Shown here: positions 20,243-31,745 of the stretch, one piece after another
How the letters are laid out: each line of letters starts with the position of its first letter
Position numbering within the stretch: the first letter of the stretch is position 1
DNA from: Longimicrobiales bacterium
GTDB taxonomy: Bacteria; Gemmatimonadota; Gemmatimonadetes; Longimicrobiales; Gaopeijiaceae
Direction: 5' to 3'
Assembly: GCA_965226375.1 (NCBI GenBank)
Contig: CBDDCX010000006.1
Coordinates: 480,001 to 544,000 of the forward strand
Length of the DNA stretch: 64,000 nucleotides
Notes under the pieces: generated by a model
The model's input: only the letters and a program-made list of their open reading frames with translations
Told to the model about the DNA's origin: nothing
Database searches by the model: none
Position numbers and translations under genes: made by a program

Positions 20243-23074
20243 GTGATGGAAGAGAAGCCCTTCGACAGCCAGAACGCCGCGTACGCCCAGGCGCTCTATG
20301 AGGAGTTCGCCCGGAACCCCGAAGCGGTTCCGGAGGAGTGGCGGCACTTCTTTTCGTTGGGCCCAGCCGCTGCCCGTGAGGCGGGACTCATGGTGCCCGA
20401 AAGCCTGGCGGCGAACGGGGGCAGGTCGGTGGCGGACACGCCCGTCGGCGGAGCCGGACAGGTCCCGACCGAAACCCTCCACGCGGTGCAGGGTGAAGCC
20501 GACACCATGCGCCGTCTTCTGCCCGTGGTGGCACGAGCCACGTCGTTCGTGCAGGCCTACCGCGACCACGGGCATCACCTCTCGCAAATCGACCCACTGG
20601 GATCCGCACCTCCGGGGCATCCCCAGCTCGACCCGTCGTTCTTCGGAACAAGCATGGAAGAGCTCGAGGAGCTGCCCGCGTCGCTGGTCATGGAGAACGT
20701 TGGAGACGAGTCGCTCGCAAACGCCCTGCAGAGGCTCCGAAACGCCTACTGCGGAACCATAGGCTACGAGTTCGAGCACCTCGAAGACCCGTCGGTCGTC
20801 CGGTGGCTCTGGGAGCAGGTCGAGTCGGGCATACACGCGCAACCGATGGCGGCAGAAGACCAGGTTCGCCTCTCGCAACGACTGGCCGAGGTCGAGGGGC
20901 TGGAGCAGTTCATCCACAAAGCCTACCTGGGCCAGAAGCGCTTCTCCATCGAGGGAACGGACATGATGGTCCCTATGATGGACCTCTACCTCGAGGAGGC
21001 CGCCCGCGACGGGGCGGAGCGGGTCGTCCTGGGAATGGCCCATCGGGGCCGTCTCAATGTTCTCGCCCACTTTGTGGGTGTGGGATACGAGGAGATCATC
21101 CGTGAGTTCGAAGGCATCCAAGCCAAGGGTGCCTTCACCGTGGAGGGGACCGGTGACGTGAAGTACCACCACGGGGCCGAGGGTGAGCGCAGCCTGGCCG
21201 ACGGGTCGGTGATTCGAATCACCCTGGCGCCGAACCCGAGTCACCTCGAATTCGTGAACCCGGTGGTGCAGGGAATGGCCCGAGCCCTTCAGCATGGTAG
21301 CGACCGGCAGGACTCCGAGCGGAATACGGCTGCCGTGGTGCCGATCCTTATCCATGGTGATGCGGCGTTCGCGGGCGAGGGAGTGGTGGCCGAGACGCTC
21401 AACCTCGGAAGGCTCGAGGGCTACACCACGGGTGGGACCATCCACCTCATCGCCAACAACCAGATCGGCTTCACCACCCTGCCAATCGACGATCGCTCCA
21501 CGCGGTACGCCAGTGATCTCGCCAAGGGATTCAGCTTCCCGATCATCCACGTGAACGCCGACGACGCCGAGGCGTGTATGACGGCGGTCCGGCTCGCCAT
21601 GGCCTATCGGGCCGAGTATCACGATGACGTCGTCATCGACCTGGTGGGCTATCGTCGCTACGGGCACAACGAAGGCGACGAGGCGGGTTATACCCAACCT
21701 CTCGAGGCGAAGAGGATCAAGGAGCATCCGACGGCTCGGGCCGTCTACGCGGAGAAACTCATCAGCGAGGGAGTGCTGAGCAGCGACGACGTGGCGGCCA
21801 TCACGGCTCGGGTGTCGAGCCACCTGCGGGACGCCCAGGACCAGGTGCAGGCCGAGGAACACTCTACCTCGGACGTGTTCGAGGACTCGAACCTGGAGCC
21901 ACCACACGGATCCGTCGCGTCCGTTCCACTCGACGTGCTCGTGGAGGTCAACGCTGCCGCAGTGGCTACGCCTGAGGGGTTCACCGTCCACCCGAAACTC
22001 GAGCGGCAACTCGCGAGGCGCGACGACGGCTTTGGCCCGGACTTCTCGATGGACTGGGGTCACGCCGAGGCGCTCGCGTTGGGCTCGCTCCTCTGGGAGG
22101 GCATCCCGGTGCGGCTCACAGGTCAGGACTCCCAGCGCGGCACCTTCAGTCACCGCCATCTCGTGCTCCACGACTCCGAAACCGGCCGGCAACATACTCC
22201 GCTCGAGCAATACGGAGACGCGCGCTTTACGGTGATCAACTCCCCGCTCTCTGAGATGGCCGTGCTGGGCTTCGAATACGGATACAGCGTGGCTTCGGAG
22301 AAGGACCTGGTGCTCTGGGAGGCTCAGTTCGGCGACTTTGCCAATGCCGCTCAGGTCTCGATCGATCAGTTCGTGTCGTCGGGATGGGAGAAGTGGGGGC
22401 AGGTGGCCACCTTGGCCCTGCTACTTCCGCACGGATACGAGGGCCAAGGGCCGGAGCATTCGAGCGCGCGATTGGAGCGCTTCCTGCAACTGTGCGCGGA
22501 GGACAATATTCGGGTGGTGTCCCCCACCACACCCGCGCAGTACTACCACCTGCTTCGGAGACAGGCACACGTTCGGCCGGAGCGACCGCTGGTGGTCATG
22601 ACTCCGAAGAGCCTGCTGCGTCATCCCAAGGCCACATCCCCCGTCTCCGATCTGGTGGACGGGACCTTCCTGCCCGTTCTGGACGATCCGACGATCGCTG
22701 ATGCCGAGGCGATCACACGACTGCTGCTCTGCTCCGGAAAGCTCTACTACGACCTGGTGGACAGCGAGCTGCGCGGGGATCAGCCTGCGGTGGCGGTGGT
22801 GCGGGTGGAGGAGCTCTATCCGTTCCCTGGGTCCGAGATCGAGGCGCTCCTCACCCACTACCCATCCGTGCGCGAGGTGGTCTGGGTTCAGGAGGAGCCG
22901 AGAAACATGGGGGCCCTTTCTTACGTGGGCCCTCGCCTGAGGGCCGCCGTTCCCCGGGACCTGAAACTCAGCCATGTGGCCCGCCCGGAGCGGGCTAGTC
23001 CGGCCGAAGGAAAGCACATCGACCACGTGGTGGAGCAGGCCCGCGTCATCCGGGAGTCGCTCAAGACTGGGTAG
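20243..23074 (+). CDS. sucA: 2-oxoglutarate dehydrogenase E1 component
   Basis: GQKRFSIEG, GMAHRGRLN, GDVKYH, NPSHLE, HGDAAFAGEG, WEAQFGDF and LPHGYEGQGPEHSSAR motifs. Confidence 0.96.
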   Translation: MMEEKPFDSQNAAYAQALYEEFARNPEAVPEEWRHFFSLGPAAAREAGLMVPESLAANGGRSVADTPVGGAGQVPTETLHAVQGEADTMRRLLPVVARATSFVQAYRDHGHHLSQIDPLGSAPPGHPQLDPSFFGTSMEELEELPASLVMENVGDESLANALQRLRNAYCGTIGYEFEHLEDPSVVRWLWEQVESGIHAQPMAAEDQVRLSQRLAEVEGLEQFIHKAYLGQKRFSIEGTDMMVPMMDLYLEEAARDGAERVVLGMAHRGRLNVLAHFVGVGYEEIIREFEGIQAKGAFTVEGTGDVKYHHGAEGERSLADGSVIRITLAPNPSHLEFVNPVVQGMARALQHGSDRQDSERNTAAVVPILIHGDAAFAGEGVVAETLNLGRLEGYTTGGTIHLIANNQIGFTTLPIDDRSTRYASDLAKGFSFPIIHVNADDAEACMTAVRLAMAYRAEYHDDVVIDLVGYRRYGHNEGDEAGYTQPLEAKRIKEHPTARAVYAEKLISEGVLSSDDVAAITARVSSHLRDAQDQVQAEEHSTSDVFEDSNLEPPHGSVASVPLDVLVEVNAAAVATPEGFTVHPKLERQLARRDDGFGPDFSMDWGHAEALALGSLLWEGIPVRLTGQDSQRGTFSHRHLVLHDSETGRQHTPLEQYGDARFTVINSPLSEMAVLGFEYGYSVASEKDLVLWEAQFGDFANAAQVSIDQFVSSGWEKWGQVATLALLLPHGYEGQGPEHSSARLERFLQLCAEDNIRVVSPTTPAQYYHLLRRQAHVRPERPLVVMTPKSLLRHPKATSPVSDLVDGTFLPVLDDPTIADAEAITRLLLCSGKLYYDLVDSELRGDQPAVAVVRVEELYPFPGSEIEALLTHYPSVREVVWVQEEPRNMGALSYVGPRLRAAVPRDLKLSHVARPERASPAEGKHIDHVVEQARVIRESLKTG

Positions 23075-23100
23075 CTTCGCACCCGGCTACCCACCTCCGG

Positions 23101-24068
23101 TCACTCCCAGCGGATTAGGAGCTTCCCGAAGTTAGCGTTCGCCTCCATGACCCGATGGGCCTCGCCAGCCTCCTCTGGCGGGAACGTGCGATCGATGACC
23201 GGCCTCGCCTTCCCACTCGAGAAGAACGGCATGACATACTCGCTAACGCTGCCTTCTCCTCCACGGGTCGCGCTCGCAGGACGGTACCCTTGATTGTTGC
23301 CCGTCGGCCCATCATGGCTCTCAGGTCGATGGTGGAAACTGCCCCTCCGGGGACTCCCACCACGACGTGACGGCCGCAGACCGCCACGACCTTCTGATTC
23401 CCCTCCAGATAGGGTCCACCCACGAGATCAAGGATTACGTCCACACCCCTACCTTCAGTGAGGTCCAGCACACGTTCCGGCCATCGTTCGTCTCCCGGAA
23501 TGCCGTGGTCCAACCCGAGTGCCGCCGCCCGCTCGAGCTTGGCGGGCGTCCGGGAGGTGCCGAACGTGCGAGCTCCGAGGGCCTGCGCAATCTGTACCGC
23601 TGTCGTCCCCACTCCACTCCCCACCGCATGGATCAGGAGAGTCTCCCCGGACCGCAGTCCCATTTGCATCACCGCCGCATCGAATGCGGTCATGAACACC
23701 TCGGGAATCGCACCGGCGTCTGCGAGATCGATGGAGTCCGGGACCGGCACGACGCAGGTGCCATGGGTCTTCACGTATTGGGCATAACCACCGCCACCCA
23801 GGATACCCATCACCCGGTCCCCTATCCGCCAACGCTGCACGTCGGGACCCAGAGCGTCCACTACACCCGAGAACTCGAGGCCGGGAATGTCCTCCGGCCA
23901 CCCCTTGGGGACCGGGTAACGCCCCATCCTCTGCAGGAGATCGGCCCGATTGACACCCGACGTTGCGACCCGCACACGGATTTCCCCGGCTTCCGGAGTC
24001 GGCATCGCTGCGGATTGGACCGACAAGACCTCCGGCCCCCCCGATTCCTGCATTACGACCGCTTGCAT
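23101..24068 (-). pseudogene. NAD(P)H-quinone oxidoreductase (PIG3/zeta-crystallin type), frameshifted near 23240
   Basis: SGVNRADLLQR, IPGLE, PEVFMTA and HAVGSGVG motifs. The family C-terminus [20 protein letters not shown]...[19 protein letters not shown] continues in another frame to TGA 23103-23101. Confidence 0.8.
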
Positions 24069-24130
24069 GCTGCCTGTTTCTTCCATGCCCGCTATCATAG
24101 GCTGATGCTGACACTTCGCCAGGCCGCCTG

Positions 24131-24913
24131 ATGCTCCTACCCGTCGAGCTCGACCGTCCCATCGTTTTCTTCGATCTCGAGACGACCGGGCTGAGCACCA
24201 CGGATGATCGCATCATCGAGATGGCCATCCTCCGTGTCTCGCCCCAAGGTGACGTGTTGGAGCGTGTTCGCCGCTTCAACCCGGGTTTGCCCATTCATCC
24301 CGAGGCCATCGCCGTGCATGGCATCACGAACGAGGACGTGGCCGGCGAGGCCCCGTTCACCGCGCGTGCAAAGGCCCTCTTCGATCTCCTCGACCCCTGT
24401 GACCTGGGCGGCTTCAACATCCGCCGCTTCGACCTCCCCATGCTACTGGCCGAGTTCAAGCGCGCCGATGTCGACTTCGACTACAAGACGCGCCGCATCA
24501 TCGACGTCCAGAACATCTTCCATCGCGAAGAGCCGCGAGATCTCTCGGCTGCAGCCCGGTTTTACTTGGGACGCGAGCATCAGGAGGCTCACAGCGCACT
24601 CGGTGACATCCGCACCACCGCAGCCGTTCTGGCGGCACAGATGGAGCGCTACCCCGAGTTGCCACGTGACATGGACGCGTTGCATCGGTACTGCGACGAG
24701 TTCATGCCCATCCGGACCGCGATCGATCAGTGGTTCAAGGACGGAGCCGAGGGGCGCGTCTTCCGCCGGGGAAAACACAAGGGCCGAGCCCTCGCTGAGG
24801 TCGCCCTCGCGGAGCCGGATTACCTGCACTGGATGCTCACCGCCGAAGACATGGACGGAGAGGTACTCGATGTCGTCCGTGAGGCCCTGGCGGGTGAGGT
24901 GCCACCCGCCTAA
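24131..24913 (+). CDS. DEDDh 3'-5' exonuclease (DNA polymerase III epsilon-like) with small C-terminal domain
   Basis: FFDLETTG, VHGIT, GFNIRRFD and AHSALGD motifs; C-terminal FRRGKHKGRALAEV...PDYLHWML. Confidence 0.9.
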   Translation: MLLPVELDRPIVFFDLETTGLSTTDDRIIEMAILRVSPQGDVLERVRRFNPGLPIHPEAIAVHGITNEDVAGEAPFTARAKALFDLLDPCDLGGFNIRRFDLPMLLAEFKRADVDFDYKTRRIIDVQNIFHREEPRDLSAAARFYLGREHQEAHSALGDIRTTAAVLAAQMERYPELPRDMDALHRYCDEFMPIRTAIDQWFKDGAEGRVFRRGKHKGRALAEVALAEPDYLHWMLTAEDMDGEVLDVVREALAGEVPPA

Positions 24914-24998
24914 TTCTACCCTCTCGTGGGTGGCTTATGGATCGGATCCTTCGACGAACCAAGCCGCCCGAGAGGCTTTCACCGGGTAGGAGTCCCTA

Positions 24999-27962
24999 AT
25001 GCTTCGCGTCAGCCACCTGAAGTCGCTCCCGACACTACGAGCGGCTGTCCTGATACTTCCGGTCCCAGGGGTCACTCAGACGGCCTCGATCTCCGAGGAC
25101 CAGCTTGCCACCTTCCGACCGCGGCTCATCGGGCCCGCCGTAACAGGTGGGCGGATTCACGACGTGGAGTCCCTCGCTGAGGATCCGTCGACCATCTTCC
25201 TCGCCTCTGCCTCGGGCCGCCTGTGGAAGACCAGCAATCGGGGCCACACCTGGCGAAACGTCTTTGCCGACCAGCCGGTCAGCACCTTCGGCGACGTGGC
25301 CATCGCCCCGTCGAATACCGACATCATGTATGCGGGCACGGGTGAGCAGAACAACCGTCAGAGTTCGTCCTGGGGAAACGGCGTTTACCGCTCTGACGAC
25401 GCCGGCGAGACCTGGCGCCATCTGGGTCTGGTCGAGACGCGGCACATCGGGAAGGTATTGGTTCATCCCACCGACCCCGACGTGGTCTACGTGGCGGCCC
25501 TCGGTAACCTGTGGCGGGGCAACGAAGAGCGGGGGGTGTACCGCTCTCGGGACGGCGGCACGAACTGGGAGCGGGTCTTGTTCGTGGACGAGCACACGGG
25601 CGCTGTGGACCTGGTCATGGACAGTAGAAATCCGGGGACTCTGTATGCCGCGACGTACCAGCGCCTGAGAAGGACCTGGGGATTCAACGGGGGCGGGCCC
25701 GGAAGCGGAATCCACCGGAGCACCGACGGCGGAGACAGCTGGACTGAACTCACGGGGGGCATCCCGGACGGAGACAAGGGCCGGATCGGCCTCGCCATCT
25801 CCGAGTCCAATCCGATGGTGCTGAACGCCCTCATCCAACATGCGGACGCCGACCAACAGGGCACGTACCGGAGCGAGGACGGTGGAGCGACCTGGCGTAG
25901 GGCCAGCTCCATGGACCCGAGGCCCATGTACTACTCGGAGATCTTCATCGATCCCTCCGACGAGGACCGTGTCTATGTGTTAGGCACCTCGACGTACAAG
26001 AGTGAGAATGGCGGAACGACCTGGACAGAGATCGCGGAGCGGCCCACCTACGATGTGGGGGTCCACGCCGACCAGCACGGCCTCTGGATCGACCCCAACG
26101 ACCCCAACCACCTCTACCTGGTCGGTGACGCAGGGTTGTGGGAGACGTACGACCAGGGGGTGAACTTCAGGAAGCTCAACAACTTCGCCATCGGGCAGTT
26201 CTACGCGATCGGCGTAGACAATCGTGATCCGTACTGGGTGTACGGCGGCATGCAGGACAACCACAGCTGGATGGGCCCCTCCGAGACCCGCCGGTGGATC
26301 GGCATCATCAACGATGACTGGATGCAGACCGGCTTCGGTGACGGCATGTACCAGCAGGTCGATCCGCCGAGTCATCGCTTCGTGTACGCGAACTCGAACG
26401 GCGGCAGCTACTACCGACTGGACGCCGAGACGGGCGACATGCTCGACATTCGCCCTCGAGCGCCCGAGGGCGAACCCGCGTACCGATGGGACTGGGCTGC
26501 GCCGAGCCTGGTCTCCAAGCATGACCCGTCGGTGGTTTACCTGGGCGGGAACCGTCTTTTCATCTCCCGCAACCGAGGCGACTCCTTCGCCCGCACAGAC
26601 GATCTGACGCGCAACATCGACCGGGGTGAGCTTCAGCTCATGGGTGTCTACGGGGCCGACATCGAGATCTCGCCGAACGACGGCACGTCGAACTTCAGCG
26701 AGATCAGCGTCATCGCCGAGTCGCCGCTGGACCCCCAGATCCTGTGGGTCGGCGTCGATGACGGCAACCTTCAGGTCTCTCGGGACGGCGGCCGAAGCTG
26801 GAGTGAGGTGAGCGGCAACGTTACGGAGCTTCCGGCGGGTACCTACGTGAGCCGGATCGTCGGCTCACAAAAGGGGGCCGGCGTCGCCTACGTGGCGTCC
26901 GACGCCCACCGCGATGGGGACTTCGACCCCTACCTCTTCCGCACCGAGGACTATGGGCAGACCTGGGAGGCCCTCGTCGATGGACTGCCATCGGGCTCCC
27001 TGAACTCCTTGGTCGAACATCCGGACAACTCGGACGTCCTTTTCGTAGGCTCCGAGCACTCGGTGTTCGTCAGCACGGATGCGGGCGCGAATTGGGCCAA
27101 AATGCCGAATCTGCCCACGACTCATGTCGATGACATGGTCATTCACCCGAGGGAGAAAGACCTCGTTCTCGGGACACACGGCCAGAGCGTGTGGATCCTC
27201 GACGATACCAGCCCATTGGCCGAGTGGACGACCGACGTTGCCTCTGCAGGCGCCCACGTATTCAGCATCCAACGCGCCACCATATTCCACTACCGTAAGG
27301 TCACCTCGTACCGCGGTCAGGCAGAGTTCGCGGGAGAGAATCCGGTATCCGGCGCCCTCATCACGTACAGCCTGGGTGACGGAAGTGGTGAAGCTCGGCT
27401 GCGGGTGACGGGTCCGTCCGGTCGCGTTGTGCGCGATTACCTGGTGCCTTCCGAGCCCGGCATCCATCGCCTGAATTGGGACCTGCGCAATGCCACCACG
27501 AGCGAGCAGGAGACGTGGCGTCGACACGACGATCCCCGCCTGGCACGACCGATCGACAATCTCGGACCCTGGGTATCGCCGGGTCGGTATACGGTAACGC
27601 TCCAGGCCCGAGGGGAGACCTCGAGCCAGACGGTCGAGGTGAGAGGCGATCCGCTGATGCCCGTGACACAGGCCATGTACGAGGAGCGTGAGACGTATCT
27701 CTTGGATCTCGTCGAGCTGGCTCGGAGCATTCGTGAGGTCCGGCCCGATCTCAGTTGCCCTGGATTCGGATTCGGCGGCGGCCAGAGGCCTGAAGGGACC
27801 GACGGGGAGTTGTGCGAGATCCAGCGTAGTGGGCGCTAACTCTCCGATGCACTGGACGGTGGTGCCGTGCAACCCGGATCCCTCTATCCCCCGACGGCTG
27901 AGCACCTGGGGCGAAAAGCCGCCCGCGAGGCCCGGCTGGCTAGGGTCCTGGAGTCCATGTAG
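24999..27962 (+). CDS. Secreted BNR/Asp-box (VPS10-like) beta-propeller protein; premature TAA at 27837-27839 removes about 40 C-terminal codons
   Basis: IGPAVTGGRI, many S-x-D-G-G-x-x-W repeats, YGGMQDN and VLGTHG. The frame continues past TAA as LSDALDGGAVQPGSLYPPT...ESM to TAG 27962. Confidence 0.8.
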
Positions 27963-28017
27963 CGCTCACCGATACCGATGCGGTGGGTAGAGAATCTCCC
28001 ATATAACCAAAGGCCAA

Positions 28018-28410
28018 ATGAGCACTTTCTTCTTGCAGTCCCACTCGGGATTTCGATACCTGGTTCTTCTGGCGGGCCTCCTGACCGTGCTGTATTCCAT
28101 CTATGGAGCGGTCACGAAACGTCCCTATGACGGCAGGATGCGCATTCTGGCGTCCAGCTTCGCCGGGCTCACACACCTTCAGATCCTACTGGGGATGGCG
28201 CTGATCTTTTCCGGACGCTTCCAGCCCGCCGTGGCGGGGCACATAGTCATGATGCTCTTTGCGGCGGCCGCGGGTCAGATTCCAGTCTCTGTCATGCGCC
28301 GCCGGCCGGACGAAGAGAAGACTTATCTTCCCCACGGTGTCTGGGCGCTGGTGTCCCTGGCTGCGATGGTGGCCGGTGTCATGGCAATCGGGCGACCGTT
28401 GGTGGGCTAG
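28018..28410 (+). CDS. Hypothetical 4-TM membrane protein with several His residues (cytochrome b-like)
   Basis: HSGFRYLVL, HLQILLG and GHIVMM in hydrophobic helices. Confidence 0.65.
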   Translation: MSTFFLQSHSGFRYLVLLAGLLTVLYSIYGAVTKRPYDGRMRILASSFAGLTHLQILLGMALIFSGRFQPAVAGHIVMMLFAAAAGQIPVSVMRRRPDEEKTYLPHGVWALVSLAAMVAGVMAIGRPLVG

Positions 28411-28451
28411 ACATTGGACTGTCCCGACACGAGGAGCGGGTCGCACAGCCA

Positions 28452-29651
28452 ATGACGTCAACCGCAGAGAATTCGCCCGACTCCCCGCTCTACTCCGCCC
28501 CCAAGGGCGGCCCCGACTTGGGTCTGGTCATGGGGGGCGGCGGGGCTCGAGCCGCCTACCAGGTGGGATTCCTCCGCCACCTGGCCGGGCGGTTCCCGGA
28601 CCTGGAAGTGCCCATCGTCACAGGCGTGTCCGCCGGGGCGATCAATGCCGCCCACCTCGCGTCACACCATGGCTCGTTCCGACAGTCCGTGGAGGAGCTG
28701 GTCTCACTCTGGGAGCGCCTCACGGTCGAAGACGTCTTTCGGGTCGACACACCCTCCCTCGGCTGGACCGGCGCTCGCTGGATATTTCAGTTGCTGTCCG
28801 GCGGCGTGGGTGGCGCGGTGCGGGTCAAGGGTCTGGTCGACACTTCACCTTTACGGACCTATCTGGCAGAGGTGATGCATGCGGTGGACGGCGAACTCAC
28901 GGGAATCCAGTACAACCTCGCGGTGGGCCGGCTCAAGGCCGTTGCGATCAGCACCTCGAGCTATACGACAGGCCAGTCCGTAACCTGGATCCAAGGGCGT
29001 GATCTAGAGGATTGGAGTCGACCCCAACGGCGCTCACGAAAGACGGTGCTCACGGTCGATCACGTCATGGCGTCGTCTGCCCTTCCGCTCTTCTTTCCGG
29101 CCATCCGTATCGGCAAGGAATTCTTCGGAGATGGAGGGGTACGCCTCGCAGCTCCGCTCTCTCCCGCACTGCATCTCGGAGCCCAGAAGATCCTTGCGAT
29201 CTCTACCCGATACGACCGCTCGGCGGCCGAGGCCCGGATACCCGAGGTCACCGGTTATCCGCCCCCGGCCCAGGTGCTCGGTGTACTGCTCAACTCGGTA
29301 TTCCTCGATCTCCTCGACCAGGACGCGCTTCGGCTGGAACGCCTGAACGCACTCATCGATCAAGTGCCCCGGAGCGGAAGGAACGGCCTTCGACCAGTGA
29401 GACTTCTGGTCTTGCGCCCATCCGTCGATCTGGGACGTCTCGCGAACGAGTTCGAGCCCGACTTGCCGAAGACGTTCCGCTTCCTGACCAGAGGGCTCGG
29501 CACACGGCAGACCACCAGTCCGGATCTCCTCAGCCTCGTACTCTTCCAACCGGACTACGTGCATCGCCTCATCGAGCTCGGTGAGACCGATGCTGAGGCC
29601 CGAACCGACGAGATCGAGGAGTTCATCCTGGCGGGGGCCTACGAAGACTGA
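28452..29651 (+). CDS. Patatin-like phospholipase
   Basis: GGGGARAAYQVG, GVSAG nucleophile and DGG motif. Confidence 0.9.
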   Translation: MTSTAENSPDSPLYSAPKGGPDLGLVMGGGGARAAYQVGFLRHLAGRFPDLEVPIVTGVSAGAINAAHLASHHGSFRQSVEELVSLWERLTVEDVFRVDTPSLGWTGARWIFQLLSGGVGGAVRVKGLVDTSPLRTYLAEVMHAVDGELTGIQYNLAVGRLKAVAISTSSYTTGQSVTWIQGRDLEDWSRPQRRSRKTVLTVDHVMASSALPLFFPAIRIGKEFFGDGGVRLAAPLSPALHLGAQKILAISTRYDRSAAEARIPEVTGYPPPAQVLGVLLNSVFLDLLDQDALRLERLNALIDQVPRSGRNGLRPVRLLVLRPSVDLGRLANEFEPDLPKTFRFLTRGLGTRQTTSPDLLSLVLFQPDYVHRLIELGETDAEARTDEIEEFILAGAYED

Positions 29652-29783
29652 TCGGGAGGGAGCTTCCGACCCGGTGGGAGCAACGCCGGGAGCACGCATC
29701 AGCGTGCCACGGGTTAGATTTATGGGGCGCATCGAACCGATCAGTTGAGTTCCCGCTCCAGCCCAAACCATTGGAGAACGGTC

Positions 29784-31745
29784 ATGTCGCAGGAGCCTGA
29801 CAAGAGCCTGGCCAGTAAGGAGGAGGCCCGACAGGTCGCCGAATCCGCAAGGGAGACGGAGTGGGGAAACCGAAGCTTCGCCCGGGGCCTGTTCGACGGT
29901 TCTCTCGACTTGCACCTCGTATATCCGCCGCCTGAGCCGACTCCGGAAAGCGAGGCTAGGGCGCGGCCGTTCCTCGAGGCACTCGAAGAGTTCACCATTG
30001 CCCACATCGACGGCGACGCCATCGATCGGGAGAGTTGGGTGCCCCAGGAAGTTTTGGACGGTCTGGCTGAGCTCGGGGCCTTCGGCATCAAGATTCCGCG
30101 AGAGTATGGCGGACTCGGACTCTCTCAGTACCACTACAACAAAGCCCTCGGGATCGTGGCCAGCCGCTGCGGCTCCACAGGTGCGTTCCTGTCCGCTCAT
30201 CAATCCATCGGCGTCCCCCAGCCGCTCATCTACTTCGGCACCGAAGAGCAGAAGAAGAAATACCTTCCGCGTCTCGCGGCGGGAGAACTGTCGGCCTTCG
30301 CGCTCACGGAGTTGGACGTGGGATCGGACCCGGCCAATCTGGCCACAACGGCGGAGCTGTCGGAGGATGGCCAGCACTGGATTCTGAACGGAGAGAAACT
30401 CTGGTGCACCAACGGACCCCGCTCAGACATCATCGTGGTCATGGCGCGGACTCCGGCGCGAGAAGGGGTGCCCCAGCGGAAGCCCATCAGCGCATTCATC
30501 GTCGAGACGGCGTGGGAGGGGGTGGAGGTCGGACACATCTGCAGTTTCCTGGGTCTCAACGGCCTATCCAACGGCGTACTGCACTTCAACAACGTGAAGG
30601 TCCCGAAGGACAACCTGCTCTGGGGTGAGGGCCGGGGGCTCAAACTCGCGCTCATCACATTGAACACGGGACGCTTGTCCATTCCGGCGTTCTGTTCGGT
30701 CGGAGCCAAGGGCGCCCTACTTTCATGCAGGACATGGGCGGCCGAACGGTTCCAATGGGGAGCCCCCGTGGGCAAGCACGACGCCATCGCTCAAAAACTC
30801 GGAACGATGGCCGCCAACACGTTTGCCCTCGATGCCGTCGTCGACCTCACGGCCCGGATGGCCGACGCCAAGAGCTTCGACATTCGCCTCGAAGCTGCCA
30901 TCGCCAAGATGTGGAACAGCGAGGTCAGCTACGAGGTCATCGATGACGCTGTGCAGATCCGGGGGGGGAGGGGATATGAGAAGGCGGACTCTCTCCGCGC
31001 CCGTGGTGAGCACCCGTACCCGATAGAGCGAGCGCTCCGGGACAGCCGGATCAATCTCATCTTCGAGGGATCCAGTGAGATCATGCGCCTCTTCATCGCC
31101 CGCGAGGCTGTGGACGGTCACCTGAGCGTGGCAGGCGACATGATCGATCCGAGAGCCCCCATGGGAAAACGGATCGCGGCATTGTTCCGGGCGGGCGTCC
31201 ATTACGCATGGTGGTATCCCAGCCGCTGGCTCACCTGGGGACGGTGGCCGCGATACGGGGAGTTCGGTCCGTTGGCAGGCCACCTACGCTACGCCCACAG
31301 GACGTCGGCCAGATTGGCGAGGTCGATTTTTTATGCCATGGTCCGCTTCGGTCCGGGCCTCGAGAGAAAACAGGCCGTGCTTGGCAGAATCGTGGATATC
31401 GGTGCCGAGCTCTTCGTTATGGTCTCGACCGTCGTGCGAGCCCAAAGCCTCGTAAGCGCCAATCCGTCGGACCGGTCACCGTATACGCTGGCCGACCTCT
31501 TCTGTCGTCAGTCCAGGGCACGCATCCGGGACAGCTTCGATCGCCTGTTCTCAAACAACGATTCCGCCACGTACAAAGCGGCACAACAAGCTATGGACGG
31601 GATGTTCTCCTGGGTGGAGGAAGGACTCGTGAAGGAAGATTGGATTCCGTCCGCAAAGCGGGCTGGCCCCACCGAGGAAACCCCGGCTGCGCCTAGCGAG
31701 GAGCCCCGACCAACCGGCACGGCCGAACCTGCGCCAACGGTCTAG
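29784..31745 (+). CDS. Acyl-CoA dehydrogenase (VLCAD/ACAD9-like length)
   Basis: AHQSIG, AFALTE..VGSD, NGEKLWCTNG, LNTGRL, GGRGY and IFEGSSEI motifs; GGAG SD before ATG 29784. Confidence 0.92.
   Translation: MSQEPDKSLASKEEARQVAESARETEWGNRSFARGLFDGSLDLHLVYPPPEPTPESEARARPFLEALEEFTIAHIDGDAIDRESWVPQEVLDGLAELGAFGIKIPREYGGLGLSQYHYNKALGIVASRCGSTGAFLSAHQSIGVPQPLIYFGTEEQKKKYLPRLAAGELSAFALTELDVGSDPANLATTAELSEDGQHWILNGEKLWCTNGPRSDIIVVMARTPAREGVPQRKPISAFIVETAWEGVEVGHICSFLGLNGLSNGVLHFNNVKVPKDNLLWGEGRGLKLALITLNTGRLSIPAFCSVGAKGALLSCRTWAAERFQWGAPVGKHDAIAQKLGTMAANTFALDAVVDLTARMADAKSFDIRLEAAIAKMWNSEVSYEVIDDAVQIRGGRGYEKADSLRARGEHPYPIERALRDSRINLIFEGSSEIMRLFIAREAVDGHLSVAGDMIDPRAPMGKRIAALFRAGVHYAWWYPSRWLTWGRWPRYGEFGPLAGHLRYAHRTSARLARSIFYAMVRFGPGLERKQAVLGRIVDIGAELFVMVSTVVRAQSLVSANPSDRSPYTLADLFCRQSRARIRDSFDRLFSNNDSATYKAAQQAMDGMFSWVEEGLVKEDWIPSAKRAGPTEETPAAPSEEPRPTGTAEPAPTV

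Noticed and set aside
20192..22210. 672-aa antisense ORF and many other long overlapping ORFs in the track
   Set aside because: These are shadow frames of well-supported genes, expected in GC-rich DNA, and have no family motifs.
25200..27110. Recurrent GACGGCGG...TGG motifs suggesting a DNA repeat array
   Set aside because: They are the coding Asp-box/BNR repeats of the protein, not a CRISPR or tandem array.
29647..29745. 9-bp inverted repeat ACTGATCGG...CCGATCAGT bracketing an intergenic region
   Set aside because: It is short, single-copy and has no target duplication or recognisable RNA family; it could be chance.
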